DNA from: Verrucomicrobiota bacterium
GTDB taxonomy: Bacteria; Verrucomicrobiota; Verrucomicrobiia; Limisphaerales; AAA164-E04
Length of the DNA stretch: 64,000 nt
NCBI GenBank assembly: GCA_047947115.1
Contig: CP170459.1
Coordinates: 2,944,001 to 3,008,000 of the forward strand
Direction of reading: 5' to 3'
The translations under genes and the position numbers were made by a program. The stretch's first letter is position 1; each line of letters starts with the position of its first letter. The notes below the pieces were generated by a model. It did not search any database. It was not told the origin of the DNA and saw nothing but the letters and a program-made list of their open reading frames with translations. This document shows, one piece after another, positions 19,838-28,999 of this stretch.

Positions 19838-20581
19838 TTAATTTCCTTGAGAGGTCTTTGGTTGCTGGCGTTTTTGACTTGTGGCTGACCAGTCTCCGGT
19901 GGCGACTTCCTCCTTGAACTCGTCGAGATAAATCCATTTGCCGATCAGTTTTCGAGCCTGTTGCAGTCTGGCTTCCACTTTGACCGTTCCTCCTCCATAG
20001 GGTAGTTCCAATTTGACTACATTTTTGTCGGCTTTCACGCTCGTGTAATCCAATTGTCCTTCATCGGAGGCCGCATAACCGGAAAAGCTGGATCCCGACT
20101 TTTTGATCACCATGGTATGTTTGATATCGTTTTCCGTGGTGACGGCAACGACATCCCAGTTGCCGACCAACACGGTAGCGGCAGAGCGAACAGCCCGCCA
20201 GTCTTCACTCATCGACTCTTTTCCCTCGCCATCCCGAACATACCATTTCCCGGTCAAGGCTCCTTCTTTGTCAAGCTTCGCCTTGGCTCCGACCGTCGCG
20301 GTCTGGCCGTCCCTTTCCCAGTCAAATTCAATGGTCAGTGTCTCACCTTCGACATGAACTCGGTCCAGAATTCTTTCATCACCTGTTTGCCCAACCAGTG
20401 TCGCATGCCATTGACTTTCTTTTTTCTTAATCGTCAGGGATGACTCTCTGGAATCACCATCTCGCAAGGTGGCCGTGGTAATCCACGTTCCAACAAAGTT
20501 CGCCGCATTTGATTCAATGCTGCTTAATGCCAGCAAAAACAACGCAGTAATGCCCGACAAGAATGTAGTTATGCTTTTCAT
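19838..20581 (-). CDS. Secreted hypothetical protein with two tandem beta-rich repeats
   Basis: Signal peptide; FVGTW...LTIKK...LTGKW repeated as LVGNW...MVIKK...LIGKW; 7 bp from the downstream sulfatase. Confidence 0.7.
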   Translation of the reverse strand: MKSITTFLSGITALFLLALSSIESNAANFVGTWITTATLRDGDSRESSLTIKKKESQWHATLVGQTGDERILDRVHVEGETLTIEFDWERDGQTATVGAKAKLDKEGALTGKWYVRDGEGKESMSEDWRAVRSAATVLVGNWDVVAVTTENDIKHTMVIKKSGSSFSGYAASDEGQLDYTSVKADKNVVKLELPYGGGTVKVEARLQQARKLIGKWIYLDEFKEEVATGDWSATSQKRQQPKTSQGN

Positions 20582-20681
20582 GGAGGCCGGGAGTATTGAC
20601 CAATACTCGCCGGATAGCCAGTATAAACTAATCAGGTCAAACCTTTCAGTGCTTCATTTTTCAATCATGGCCACCTAATGC

Positions 20682-22289
20682 TTATCGTGTGAGAAAGAGA
20701 GGCACATCCCGGTCATTTGACAAGACCGGACCATCGGTCGTGCGACCGTTTGATATGGAATGATCCAAAAGTTGTAGAAGTTCCATCACCTTTGCTGACT
20801 GATCTTTTGCCAGGTTGTTGGATTCGCCCGGATCGTCTTCCAAATGGAATAACTGGACGAACGGGTATGCCAATCGTTCTTTCTGTGACGGTTCGTGACC
20901 CAGCTTGTTGACGGCTGCCTGCCACGCTTCGTGTTCTGTGGGCGAGTTGTCCAATCCCGACCGATCCCCGCTGCCTGCCGTGAGCGCCAATTTGAAGGGG
21001 CCTTTGCGGATGATGAACGGTTGAGTGGATTGCTGGATCATGTGTGATCGGACCGGGCCTGATGAAGGATCTCGTAACAGGGGTAGAAAGCTGAATGAAT
21101 CGGGCGCTTTCGTCTCACCGAAAGAATAGTTCAAGATCTCTCCAAACGTTGCCATCAGGTCAATCAAACTGATCATTTCCGAACACTCGGTGCCGGCTGT
21201 AATCACACCAGGCCAACGTGCTAAAAACGGTACTCGGGAGCCACCCTCGTACACGGTGAATTTGTAACCTTTGTAAGGGCCTGATGGGTAATGCCCCTTC
21301 TGTTCCATTTCGTGGACCTGGCCGCTTGTGGCTTCTCGCTTGAAACCCGCATATGTGGCCGGACCGTGATCTGATGAAACGATCAAAAGCGTGTTATCCG
21401 ATAGACCGTTTTCCTTCAATGATTCCATGATTCTGCGCAGACAATCGTCTGTTTCCATCACAAAATCTCCATAAACGCCCATTGCGCTTTTTCCTTCAAA
21501 ACTGGGGTTGGGGCATAAAGGTGTATGCGGTGAAGTCAGCGCGACGTAGAGAAAGAAAGGCTGCTTCTTGCTGGCTGCTTTCGCCTTGTGTTCGAGAAAC
21601 GATTCAGCTTCCGTGCAAAAAGTGTTCAACACTTTCCAGTCTTCGAAATGCTCAGCCGTGGGCCCCACTCGATTGAAAGCGCTCCAACCTCTTTGTTCCG
21701 TCACTGGTCCCTGGAAGTGTCCGTTTTTGATCAACACATAGGGAAACATGTCCAAGGATCCCGGCAGGATGAGACTCTCGTCGAATCCCAATTGAACCGG
21801 GCCGTGCTTCAACGGTTTGGCGAAATCCACATTTTCCGGTCCCTGAGTTTTTCCGTCAATCGTTTCCATCCGGGTACCCAAGTGCCATTTGCCAATGTAA
21901 CAAGTCGAATAACCGGATTCCTTGAACATGGCGCCAAGGTGAAACTGATCCGGTGTGAATCGTGGTGTGATGAATCCCCAGGGTCCATTGTCCCTGGCTC
22001 CCTGGATGCGCCAGGGATATCGTCCTGTCATGATGGCGACTCTGGATGGGACGCATACCGCTGCTGCCGAATGAGCGTCGGTAAAGCGCATGCCTTCTTT
22101 GGCCAGTTGATCGAAGGCCGGGGTGCGGATGCGGCAACGTTCCTGGCCGTAGCATTTCACATCTCCAATGCCTAAATCGTCGGCCAATACAAAAACGATG
22201 TTGGGACGCTCCTTCGGTTGTGCTGCAAGTTGGGAGCAAGCACAGGCCAGAAAAGCCAACAAGATGGAGCATTTTGAAGCGGTGGTCAT
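20682..22289 (-). CDS. Arylsulfatase (Cys type)
   Basis: RPNIVFVLADDLG, CVPSRVAIMTG, GKWHLG, SSDHG, YEGGSRVP; start moved to MTTASKCSILLA (signal peptide). Confidence 0.92.
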   Translation of the reverse strand: MTTASKCSILLAFLACACSQLAAQPKERPNIVFVLADDLGIGDVKCYGQERCRIRTPAFDQLAKEGMRFTDAHSAAAVCVPSRVAIMTGRYPWRIQGARDNGPWGFITPRFTPDQFHLGAMFKESGYSTCYIGKWHLGTRMETIDGKTQGPENVDFAKPLKHGPVQLGFDESLILPGSLDMFPYVLIKNGHFQGPVTEQRGWSAFNRVGPTAEHFEDWKVLNTFCTEAESFLEHKAKAASKKQPFFLYVALTSPHTPLCPNPSFEGKSAMGVYGDFVMETDDCLRRIMESLKENGLSDNTLLIVSSDHGPATYAGFKREATSGQVHEMEQKGHYPSGPYKGYKFTVYEGGSRVPFLARWPGVITAGTECSEMISLIDLMATFGEILNYSFGETKAPDSFSFLPLLRDPSSGPVRSHMIQQSTQPFIIRKGPFKLALTAGSGDRSGLDNSPTEHEAWQAAVNKLGHEPSQKERLAYPFVQLFHLEDDPGESNNLAKDQSAKVMELLQLLDHSISNGRTTDGPVLSNDRDVPLFLTR

Positions 22290-22534
22290 AGCCTGATTGT
22301 GCCAACGAACCGATGAGATGCAAATCGAATGATCGCCCCAAATAAAAACGAGTCGGCAATCTTCACTGGTAAGAAATCCAAACAAGTAGCGGCTTTCGCT
22401 CTAACGAGGCCTTCAGGAAGCGTCCGTGAGACAAGCCTGAACCAAAATTGAATCAGGAAAAGTGTTCCGAGTTGTGACAGATCCACAAGGATGTCGTTGA
22501 TCTTTTTGAGGCTTGTGCTTAGAGAGTAGGGGCA

Positions 22535-23017
22535 ATGGACATTAAAGTAGGTATCATTACGGTTTCGGATCGGGCTTCCCAAGGGCTTTATGATGATTTG
22601 GGCGGTCCCGCTCTCAAGACTGCTGCTGAGGGTTATGGTTGGAAGGTAATCGCTGATTGTCTCGTGGCGGATGAGGTGCGCGAGATTCAACGTGCGGTGC
22701 TGGAGCAGATTCGACAGGGCGCCCATCTGATCCTGACTACCGGCGGCACCGGCGTCGCCACGCGTGATGTCACTCCGGAAGCCATACGGGAGATCGCTGT
22801 TCGAGAACTGCCCGGTTTCGGTGAGGTCATGCGGGCTGAATCGATGAAAATTACGCCGTACGCTATTTTGTCACGCAGTCTCGCTGCAGTGGTGGAGAAA
22901 GGTTTGGTGCTTTGTCTTCCAGGGAAACCTTCCGGTGCGGTGGAATGCCTGGGGTTTGTGGTGAAAGCCATTCCCCACTGCATCGAGGTGATTCAAGATG
23001 TCCCCACCAGTTGCTGA
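22535..23017 (+). CDS. mog: Molybdopterin adenylyltransferase (MogA/MoaB family)
   Basis: ITVSDRASQG.YDD.GG, LTTGGTG...RDVTPEA, LPGFGEVMR, AILSR, LPGKP. Confidence 0.9.
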   Translation: MDIKVGIITVSDRASQGLYDDLGGPALKTAAEGYGWKVIADCLVADEVREIQRAVLEQIRQGAHLILTTGGTGVATRDVTPEAIREIAVRELPGFGEVMRAESMKITPYAILSRSLAAVVEKGLVLCLPGKPSGAVECLGFVVKAIPHCIEVIQDVPTSC

Positions 23018-23049
23018 TGGACGGCTTGTTCCTTTTTTAGAGCCAGGAA

Positions 23050-24084
23050 TCACTGACGCATGTAGTTCCTGGCATACAGCCCCAGTGCGCGGGAAATGAC
23101 GAGTAAACCGTATATGTCGAGGATGCCTGCGATCACTTGTACAAGTTTGATCAATAAACCGGGCGTACGGGCAGGATCGATACCGGCTTCCATCAACATT
23201 TCCATTCCCACGATGATTCCGATCAGCGCCAGGATGGCGGCATACACCATCGGAGCCCGAAAAATGGCCTGGATCATTCCCGGAATATGAAAGCCGGCCA
23301 GCACGTTGTCATGAACGACCATCATGAGCCAGCCCATGGGCAGCATGCTTAATCCAAATGCAAGAGCGAGCGGCTTTGCCCATGCCGATTCCAAAGGGAT
23401 CCAATTGAGCGCAAAATAGGGAGCCATCCAACCGATGGATAACAAGAAATATCCCAGAAAAATATCTTTGGAATTCTCCCAATCGAAACTGTCGCCGATT
23501 GGCATCTCAAGGTCATTATCTCCCGCCAGTGTGGTTCGAATGATTTCTTTGCAGGTTCCCAGCATGGTAAATCCGTAGAGTATGGCTAATGCCAATCCCA
23601 AAATAGCTGCCGGTAAGGCCAGAAAACGTGGAATCAGGTGTGGAATGATCATCAAGACCATCATAATGAGAAACATCACCCAGGCATCTTTGCGGAAGGG
23701 GTAGTGGAAAATATCCGTCCAGTTTCGCTCGACCTGTTCTTCTGTGTCTTCCGGGACCGGGACTGTCACACGTTGGGGAGGAGGAGGTGGTGGAGCGGGG
23801 AGCGCTGATTCGCGGCCGATTTGGATTTCTCCCAGCATGCAATAGTCGCCGGGAAACAGCGTCAACAGGTCTTGAATGGTGCCATCGGAGTCAATGATGC
23901 CCGAGGGGATTTGAGACTGGATCACCGTTTGCCCACTTGTGGAAACATCAATCACCACGTGATGACTGGACACACTTGGATGTCCGATCTGAATGGAATT
24001 GTCCTCGGCCGCGCCCAGTGTATATTGGCCAGGGTCCAGATCCATTTCGGTTTTTCCTGATCCTGTTTGGATATATAACTTCAT
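23050..24084 (-). CDS. FHA-like domain plus multi-pass membrane domain protein
   Basis: YTLGAAEDNSIQIGHPSVSSHHVVI (degenerate FHA), Pro-rich linker, then about 6 TM helices beginning IFHYPFR. Confidence 0.7.
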   Translation of the reverse strand: MKLYIQTGSGKTEMDLDPGQYTLGAAEDNSIQIGHPSVSSHHVVIDVSTSGQTVIQSQIPSGIIDSDGTIQDLLTLFPGDYCMLGEIQIGRESALPAPPPPPPQRVTVPVPEDTEEQVERNWTDIFHYPFRKDAWVMFLIMMVLMIIPHLIPRFLALPAAILGLALAILYGFTMLGTCKEIIRTTLAGDNDLEMPIGDSFDWENSKDIFLGYFLLSIGWMAPYFALNWIPLESAWAKPLALAFGLSMLPMGWLMMVVHDNVLAGFHIPGMIQAIFRAPMVYAAILALIGIIVGMEMLMEAGIDPARTPGLLIKLVQVIAGILDIYGLLVISRALGLYARNYMRQ

Positions 24085-24173
24085 AGTGGACAACAGGGAT
24101 TAAGCTACTGAACGCCTCCTTTCGGTGCCATTATAAACAAGCACCATCATTACAAACCGATCCCCAATAAAAT

Positions 24174-24198
24174 GGAGGGACTTGTTCCACCAAGTCCC
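24174..24198 (+). repeat. REP-like palindrome (GGAG-headed)
   Basis: GGAG overlapping the stem GGGACTTG-TTCCAC-CAAGTCCC in an intergenic region. Confidence 0.45.
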
Positions 24199-24370
24199 AT
24201 ACTTCTCCCTCAACAACCTCCTTGAGCAAAGGAGGATGAATGTGGAAACGCCGGGGTGTGCAAAGACCTGCGACCTTTCTATTGCAACTTGCTCTCAGTT
24301 CAAGCGCCATGAGGTTTGAAGTGGGAGCAAGTCCAGCATGCGGGATTGCCCCAACGATGGTATAACCGAT

Positions 24371-26950
24371 TTATGAAACTTGGATGCCTTGGGTTTCCAG
24401 TGTGCCGCGTGTGACTCCCAATTGGTTGATGAGTTTCAGATCGCGCCAGACGCTTGCTCCATCCCGCTTGCCCTGCAGTAGGTCCTGGTAGGTTTGGAGC
24501 GTGAGTGTGACCTCTCCAGCCTTTTCTGAAATGAACTCCACCCGAAAATGTCGAACACCCATCTCCTGCATCAATGTGGCGTATTCAGCGCCTGTTTGGG
24601 CTCGGCCGTTGAACACCGTGTTGCGACATCCTGCATCGGCTTTCAGCGTGTGACGTTGCCCCACTCGATCTCTGAGTTCAACATGATGTTTTTCGCAGGG
24701 ACGTCCGCAGTCGCGATAGTCTTTGCCGGTGGATAAAAAGGCACAGAAAACACAGTGTTCCATATGAAACATGGGCATGTGCTGATGAAGTGTGATTTCA
24801 ATCCTGTCGGTCGGTACGGATGCCAGAAACGCTTTGAGTTGCTCAATGTTCAAGTCGTAGGATGCCGTGAGACGTTCCAGTTTGAATTGGTTCAATAGCC
24901 AGGCCGCAGACCAGGCATTGGAGACATTGAAGGAAAAATCGGCGATGCAGCGGGCGTCTGCATAGTATTCCAGATGATCGTAATTGCGAACCAGAAATCC
25001 GTCCGGTTCACAAGATTGAACCTGTTTCAATATCCATTCCTCGCCCGGTTTGGTAATGCGGGGAGGGGCCACCCAAATGCCCGTTAAAGGGTGAGATGTT
25101 TTGGCGGGGTATGCTGCTCTGAACCGTTTGACCGCATCGCGATATTTTTTAGGGTCTTCAAACTCACAGTAAATGTTGGAACTGCCAAATTGAATCGCGG
25201 CTTCCAGTTGATCCATATTCCTGACCAAAGGAATCAGTTGGGCTGGTTCTGTCTGGCTGGAGCTTTCTGAGTGGTTCTCGAAACGGACCTCCGGCAGGGA
25301 TTCGGTCGTGATGGTCCACCTTGATTCCTTGGTCGAGGGGCACTGATCCAGCATGGTGACCATCTCCCGACGCATGCGGTTCAGTTCACTCACGGGCAGC
25401 ATGCAGGGTTCATCTGCCTTGTAGTCGACGCTCTCCAGCTGATAAGAGGTGCCGCCCAGCCGGCTCCATTGTTTTGACAGCACTTCTTCGCTCAATGGCC
25501 GGTTTTGAGCGGGTTGAAGGTCGATGGAGGACTGCAGGTTGACAGATCGGCCGGAGGATTCTTTCACTTCAATCTTCAGAGGGCTTCCGGGTTGTCCTGA
25601 TGCCCGGATATGCAGCAGGGAACCGGAAGCTCTTGTATCGTTCTGGTAGCTTTTTCGAAGATCTTTATCCAGAGCGGGATCACTTGTTTTCCAGATCCGA
25701 TCGCCCACATTGACCTTTCGCAGATCCAGTTTGTTCCTCTGAAACGACACACGGAGCAGGGGAGGCTGTGATGCGTGCTGTTCCTGTTGGCTCACCTTGA
25801 ACAAACGTCCGCCTTGTTCAGGTTCATTGGGATTGCCCTGATCAATGACCACTCCATCGCCTGCTTTAAGTGGTTGCCGGGTGCTCAGAGTGAATCCGTC
25901 CTGATGCACGGATTTGATCTTGCCGAGATACACCCCCCGCTTCTTGCCGAATCTGGCATGGACGAGTTTTTGGTTGTCGATGCCTTCAAACCACCCCGTG
26001 TGCAGTCCTCGGCTGAACGCCATTTCCAGATCGTATTGCGATTGATTCAACAGTTGTTTCCCGGAGACCGCTTGAGTCGCTTGTTGTTGAATGATGCTGT
26101 CAATGGCCTGGCGGTAAACACGGGTCACATTGGCCACATATTCCGGGGCTTTGAGGCGTCCTTCTATTTTTAACGATCGCATGCCAAGCCGCACCAAATC
26201 GGGCAGCACACTGATGCCTGCCAAATCCTGGGGGCTGAGGAGGTATTGTCGATCTCCCAATGGCACAGGGTTTCCGTCCTGGATCAATTCATAGGGCATG
26301 CGGCATGCCTGTGCGCATTCTCCCCGGTTGGCAGAACGCCCACCCAGAGCTTCACTGGTCAGGCATTGTCCCGAATAAGCCACGCAAAGCGCCCCGTGCA
26401 CGAAAACTTCAAGGGGCATTTCGAATCCATCCCCGCTTTCCTGAGCGTTCCGGATGCTTTCGAGTTCCTTCATTGAACACTCGCGTGCCATCACCACCAG
26501 TTCACAACCGAGATCTTTTGCAAACCGGATGCCTGCCGGACTGGTGATGGTCATCTGGGTGGATGCATGAATGGGAAAATCAGGGCTGATGGACCGGATC
26601 ATGCGACACAGCCCCATGTCCTGAACAATCACGGCATCCACATCGGCGTCGATCATGGCCCGGATTTGTGATGCTGCCGCCTGGACTTCGTTCGCAAAGA
26701 CCAGTGTGTTCATGGTGACATAACCCCGCACACCTCGCTGGTGGAGGTAATCCATGAGTTCCGGGAGGGATTCCACCGTGAAATTGTTGGCCCGCATGCG
26801 TGCGTTGAAACCGGAGAGGCCGAAGTAAATGGCATCCGCTCCGTTTTGAACCGCTGCGCGCGCGCACTCCCAATCGCCTGCCGGAGCCAATAGCTCAGGA
26901 GCTGCGTTGGAATTGTCTGATATTTCTAGTGTATGTGTTGAACGAGTCAT
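24371..26950 (-). CDS. rlhA: Peptidase U32 family protein with DUF3656; probable RlhA-type 23S rRNA hydroxylase
   Basis: PELLAPAG, GADAIYFG, HASTQM, EVFVHGALCVAYSGQC..SANRGECAQACR (Fe-S ligands), LKIEGRLK; about 860-aa long form; start moved to ATG 26950. Confidence 0.8.
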   Translation of the reverse strand: MTRSTHTLEISDNSNAAPELLAPAGDWECARAAVQNGADAIYFGLSGFNARMRANNFTVESLPELMDYLHQRGVRGYVTMNTLVFANEVQAAASQIRAMIDADVDAVIVQDMGLCRMIRSISPDFPIHASTQMTITSPAGIRFAKDLGCELVVMARECSMKELESIRNAQESGDGFEMPLEVFVHGALCVAYSGQCLTSEALGGRSANRGECAQACRMPYELIQDGNPVPLGDRQYLLSPQDLAGISVLPDLVRLGMRSLKIEGRLKAPEYVANVTRVYRQAIDSIIQQQATQAVSGKQLLNQSQYDLEMAFSRGLHTGWFEGIDNQKLVHARFGKKRGVYLGKIKSVHQDGFTLSTRQPLKAGDGVVIDQGNPNEPEQGGRLFKVSQQEQHASQPPLLRVSFQRNKLDLRKVNVGDRIWKTSDPALDKDLRKSYQNDTRASGSLLHIRASGQPGSPLKIEVKESSGRSVNLQSSIDLQPAQNRPLSEEVLSKQWSRLGGTSYQLESVDYKADEPCMLPVSELNRMRREMVTMLDQCPSTKESRWTITTESLPEVRFENHSESSSQTEPAQLIPLVRNMDQLEAAIQFGSSNIYCEFEDPKKYRDAVKRFRAAYPAKTSHPLTGIWVAPPRITKPGEEWILKQVQSCEPDGFLVRNYDHLEYYADARCIADFSFNVSNAWSAAWLLNQFKLERLTASYDLNIEQLKAFLASVPTDRIEITLHQHMPMFHMEHCVFCAFLSTGKDYRDCGRPCEKHHVELRDRVGQRHTLKADAGCRNTVFNGRAQTGAEYATLMQEMGVRHFRVEFISEKAGEVTLTLQTYQDLLQGKRDGASVWRDLKLINQLGVTRGTLETQGIQVS

Positions 26951-27033
26951 GCCAAAGCATGTCCGGGCTCCGTAAAAAAATATCAGCCGTCGGACTGGCA
27001 AACCGTAGCATTGCGTGGAAGACTGTGCCAAGC

Positions 27034-27951
27034 ATGGAGCGAAGCGACACATCAATTAATCAGCAACCGCGTAGAGCATTGATCCTCGGATTCGGCTATG
27101 TGGGGAGCAGGGTGGGGCAAATGTTGGCCGAACGTGGTGTGGAGGTCTGGGCAGTGAGCCGCACCAAACCTGCGGCCTTCGCGGAGTCTGAAGGGCATGG
27201 GATTCATTGGTATGGAGCGGATCTGACAGAGCCCGGGACGCTGGCCGGATTGTCGGGGAACTTTGATGACGTATTGTTCTCCGCCTCTTCCAGCCGGGGA
27301 ACCATGGAGGATTACGAGGATATTTACTGCCGGGGGCTTCAGTACACCATGGATTGGTTGATCCAGACCAAGCTTCCCAAGCGTTTTGTCTATTTGAGCA
27401 GCACCGGGGTGTATGGTCAGGATGATGGAAAATGGGTGGATGAAACCATGCCCACAGATCCGGTTTCCCCAACTGGCAAGATACTTGTTCGGGCCGAAAA
27501 GTTGGTATGTGAGTGTTATGAGGCTTCCGGATTTCCGGGTATGATTCTACGCTTGTCCGGCATATATGGTCCGGGGCGAGGCTACGCGCTGAAGCGCATC
27601 TTGAACGGTGATGCCGTCATCGAACTGCCGGGAGATCGATGGGTGAACATGATTCACCGGGACGACGCGGCCATGGCTGTTATTTCGGCTCTGGAATCAG
27701 GCGTGCCAGGGGAGACCTACAACGTCACCGACAACGAACCTGTTCAGCAACGCGCTTTTTATGAATGGCTGGCGAAATCCTCCGGAATGCCAGTTCCCCC
27801 TTGTGTGGAAAACGATCCTTCGAAACCCACAAAACGTCGGGTGACCAGCAAACGGATCAGTAACTCAAAGATTTCCAAACTGTCGCAATTTAAGCTAAAG
27901 TATCCAGCATATCGGGACGGTTATGCGCAGTTGCTTTTGCCATGGACTTAA
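27034..27951 (+). CDS. NAD-dependent epimerase/dehydratase (atypical SDR, YeeZ-like)
   Basis: ILGFGYVG, YLSSTGVYG..DG.WVDE, LRLSGIYGPGR, NMIHRDD, KRISN.K. Confidence 0.88.
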   Translation: MERSDTSINQQPRRALILGFGYVGSRVGQMLAERGVEVWAVSRTKPAAFAESEGHGIHWYGADLTEPGTLAGLSGNFDDVLFSASSSRGTMEDYEDIYCRGLQYTMDWLIQTKLPKRFVYLSSTGVYGQDDGKWVDETMPTDPVSPTGKILVRAEKLVCECYEASGFPGMILRLSGIYGPGRGYALKRILNGDAVIELPGDRWVNMIHRDDAAMAVISALESGVPGETYNVTDNEPVQQRAFYEWLAKSSGMPVPPCVENDPSKPTKRRVTSKRISNSKISKLSQFKLKYPAYRDGYAQLLLPWT

Positions 27952-28403
27952 AGAATTCATTGATAGAATTGGCTCGCCTATTTGAGAAAGAGAAGGTTGA
28001 TTATGCGCTATGTGGAGGGCTGGCTCTTGCCGTGCATGGTTATCCGAGGGCGACTAGAGATTTGGATCTGCTGATTGGTGCGGAAGATTTGTTAAAAGTG
28101 AGGGGGTTCATAAAGCAAAACGGGTATACTTTGGAAGGCGGTATGTTCGTTTTTCGAGAAGGAACTGAGAGAGAAACTAAACTTTGGCGAGTATCCAAGA
28201 GAGAAGGGAACGATTTGCTGACTGTTGATTTCATTTTGGCGGAAAATTGGCTGTCCGAAGTATTTGAAGGGCGGCTATGTTTGAGTCTCGAGGGAAATTC
28301 GTTGAATGTGGTGAGTCGAGAGGGCCTCCGTATGATGAAGAAAGCAAGCGCTAGAGCCCAGGATTTGGCAGATTTGGAAAAACTGGATGGATATCATGAA
28401 TAG
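27942..28403 (+). CDS. Nucleotidyltransferase (pol-beta superfamily, DUF6036/AbiEii-like)
   Basis: YALCGGLALAVHGYPRATRDLDLLI and C-terminal LRMMKKASARAQDLADLEKL. Confidence 0.85.
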   Translation: MDLKNSLIELARLFEKEKVDYALCGGLALAVHGYPRATRDLDLLIGAEDLLKVRGFIKQNGYTLEGGMFVFREGTERETKLWRVSKREGNDLLTVDFILAENWLSEVFEGRLCLSLEGNSLNVVSREGLRMMKKASARAQDLADLEKLDGYHE

Positions 28404-28590
28404 CCGGAATACAACAAAGAGTTCTTCGAGATTTCATTCCGAGGATATGTCTCCAGAAGCTATTTCGAAGCGCCTGGATACGGTGAACGAGTTGAATGCC
28501 GTGTGTAACTGGCTTGGAAAGGCGGTTTTATCCGGCAGGGGAGATCAATCGCGACCCAACGAATTAAAGACAAAAACCGGTCGGCGTTAG
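28396..28590 (+). CDS. Small hypothetical protein coupled to the nucleotidyltransferase
   Basis: ATG 28396 overlaps the NTase end; helical core DMSPEAISKRLDTVNELNAVCNWLGKA. Confidence 0.6.
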   Translation: MNSRNTTKSSSRFHSEDMSPEAISKRLDTVNELNAVCNWLGKAVLSGRGDQSRPNELKTKTGRR

Positions 28591-28827
28591 ATTTCAGAAA
28601 TACAGGTGTGCAATCCCGAGTAGAAATAGAACTCCTCGCAGTAAACTTGTTTCTTCACATATTTTGCGGATAGCCTAAGGGCATTGTATGGAGTTTTTGT
28701 TTTCACACTAAGTCACACACAAAGTTGTTTAGACAGGATTTACAGGATGGCCGGGATGGTTTGCAGAGTGGCTGTGCTTGACAATGCATGTGCATGGATC
28801 AAAAGCGACTTGGGGTGATTATGTGAA

Positions 28828-28939
28828 AGAATTGATCCACGTTTTTGCAAACGCGGCTACTAGACAGAATTGATCCACGTTTTTGCAAACGCGGCTACTA
28901 GACAGAATTGATCCACGTTTTTGCAAACGCGGCTACTAG
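28828..28939 (-). repeat. Three head-to-tail copies of a 38-bp unit containing a GTAG-type REP palindrome
   Basis: AGAATTGATCCACGTTTTTGCAAACGCGGCTACTAG(AC) at 28828, 28866 and 28904, identical; minus strand reads GTAG-CCGCGTTT-GCAA-AAACGTGG. Confidence 0.92.
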
Positions 28940-28949
28940 TTACTCTCCA

Positions 28950-28977
28950 CTTCGTGGCTTGGTGTCTTTGTGTGAGA
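28950..28977 (-). repeat. Arm of the dispersed TCTCACACAAAGACAC element
   Basis: Reverse complement TCTCACACAAAGACACCAAGCCACGAAG matches 43838-43865 (first 16 nt and last 7 nt identical). Confidence 0.75.
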
Positions 28978-28999
28978 ACAATGAATTGTCCTTAAGATA

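Noticed and set aside
26929..27055. Apparent head-to-head overlap of the U32 and SDR ORFs (similar cases at 54301-54584, 44380-44503 and 31780-32037)
   Set aside because: Artefact of longest-ORF starts; downstream ATGs remove the overlaps
28828..28939. CRISPR array (36-bp palindromic repeats x3)
   Set aside because: Repeats are separated by an identical 2-bp AC with no unique spacers, and there are no cas genes in the window
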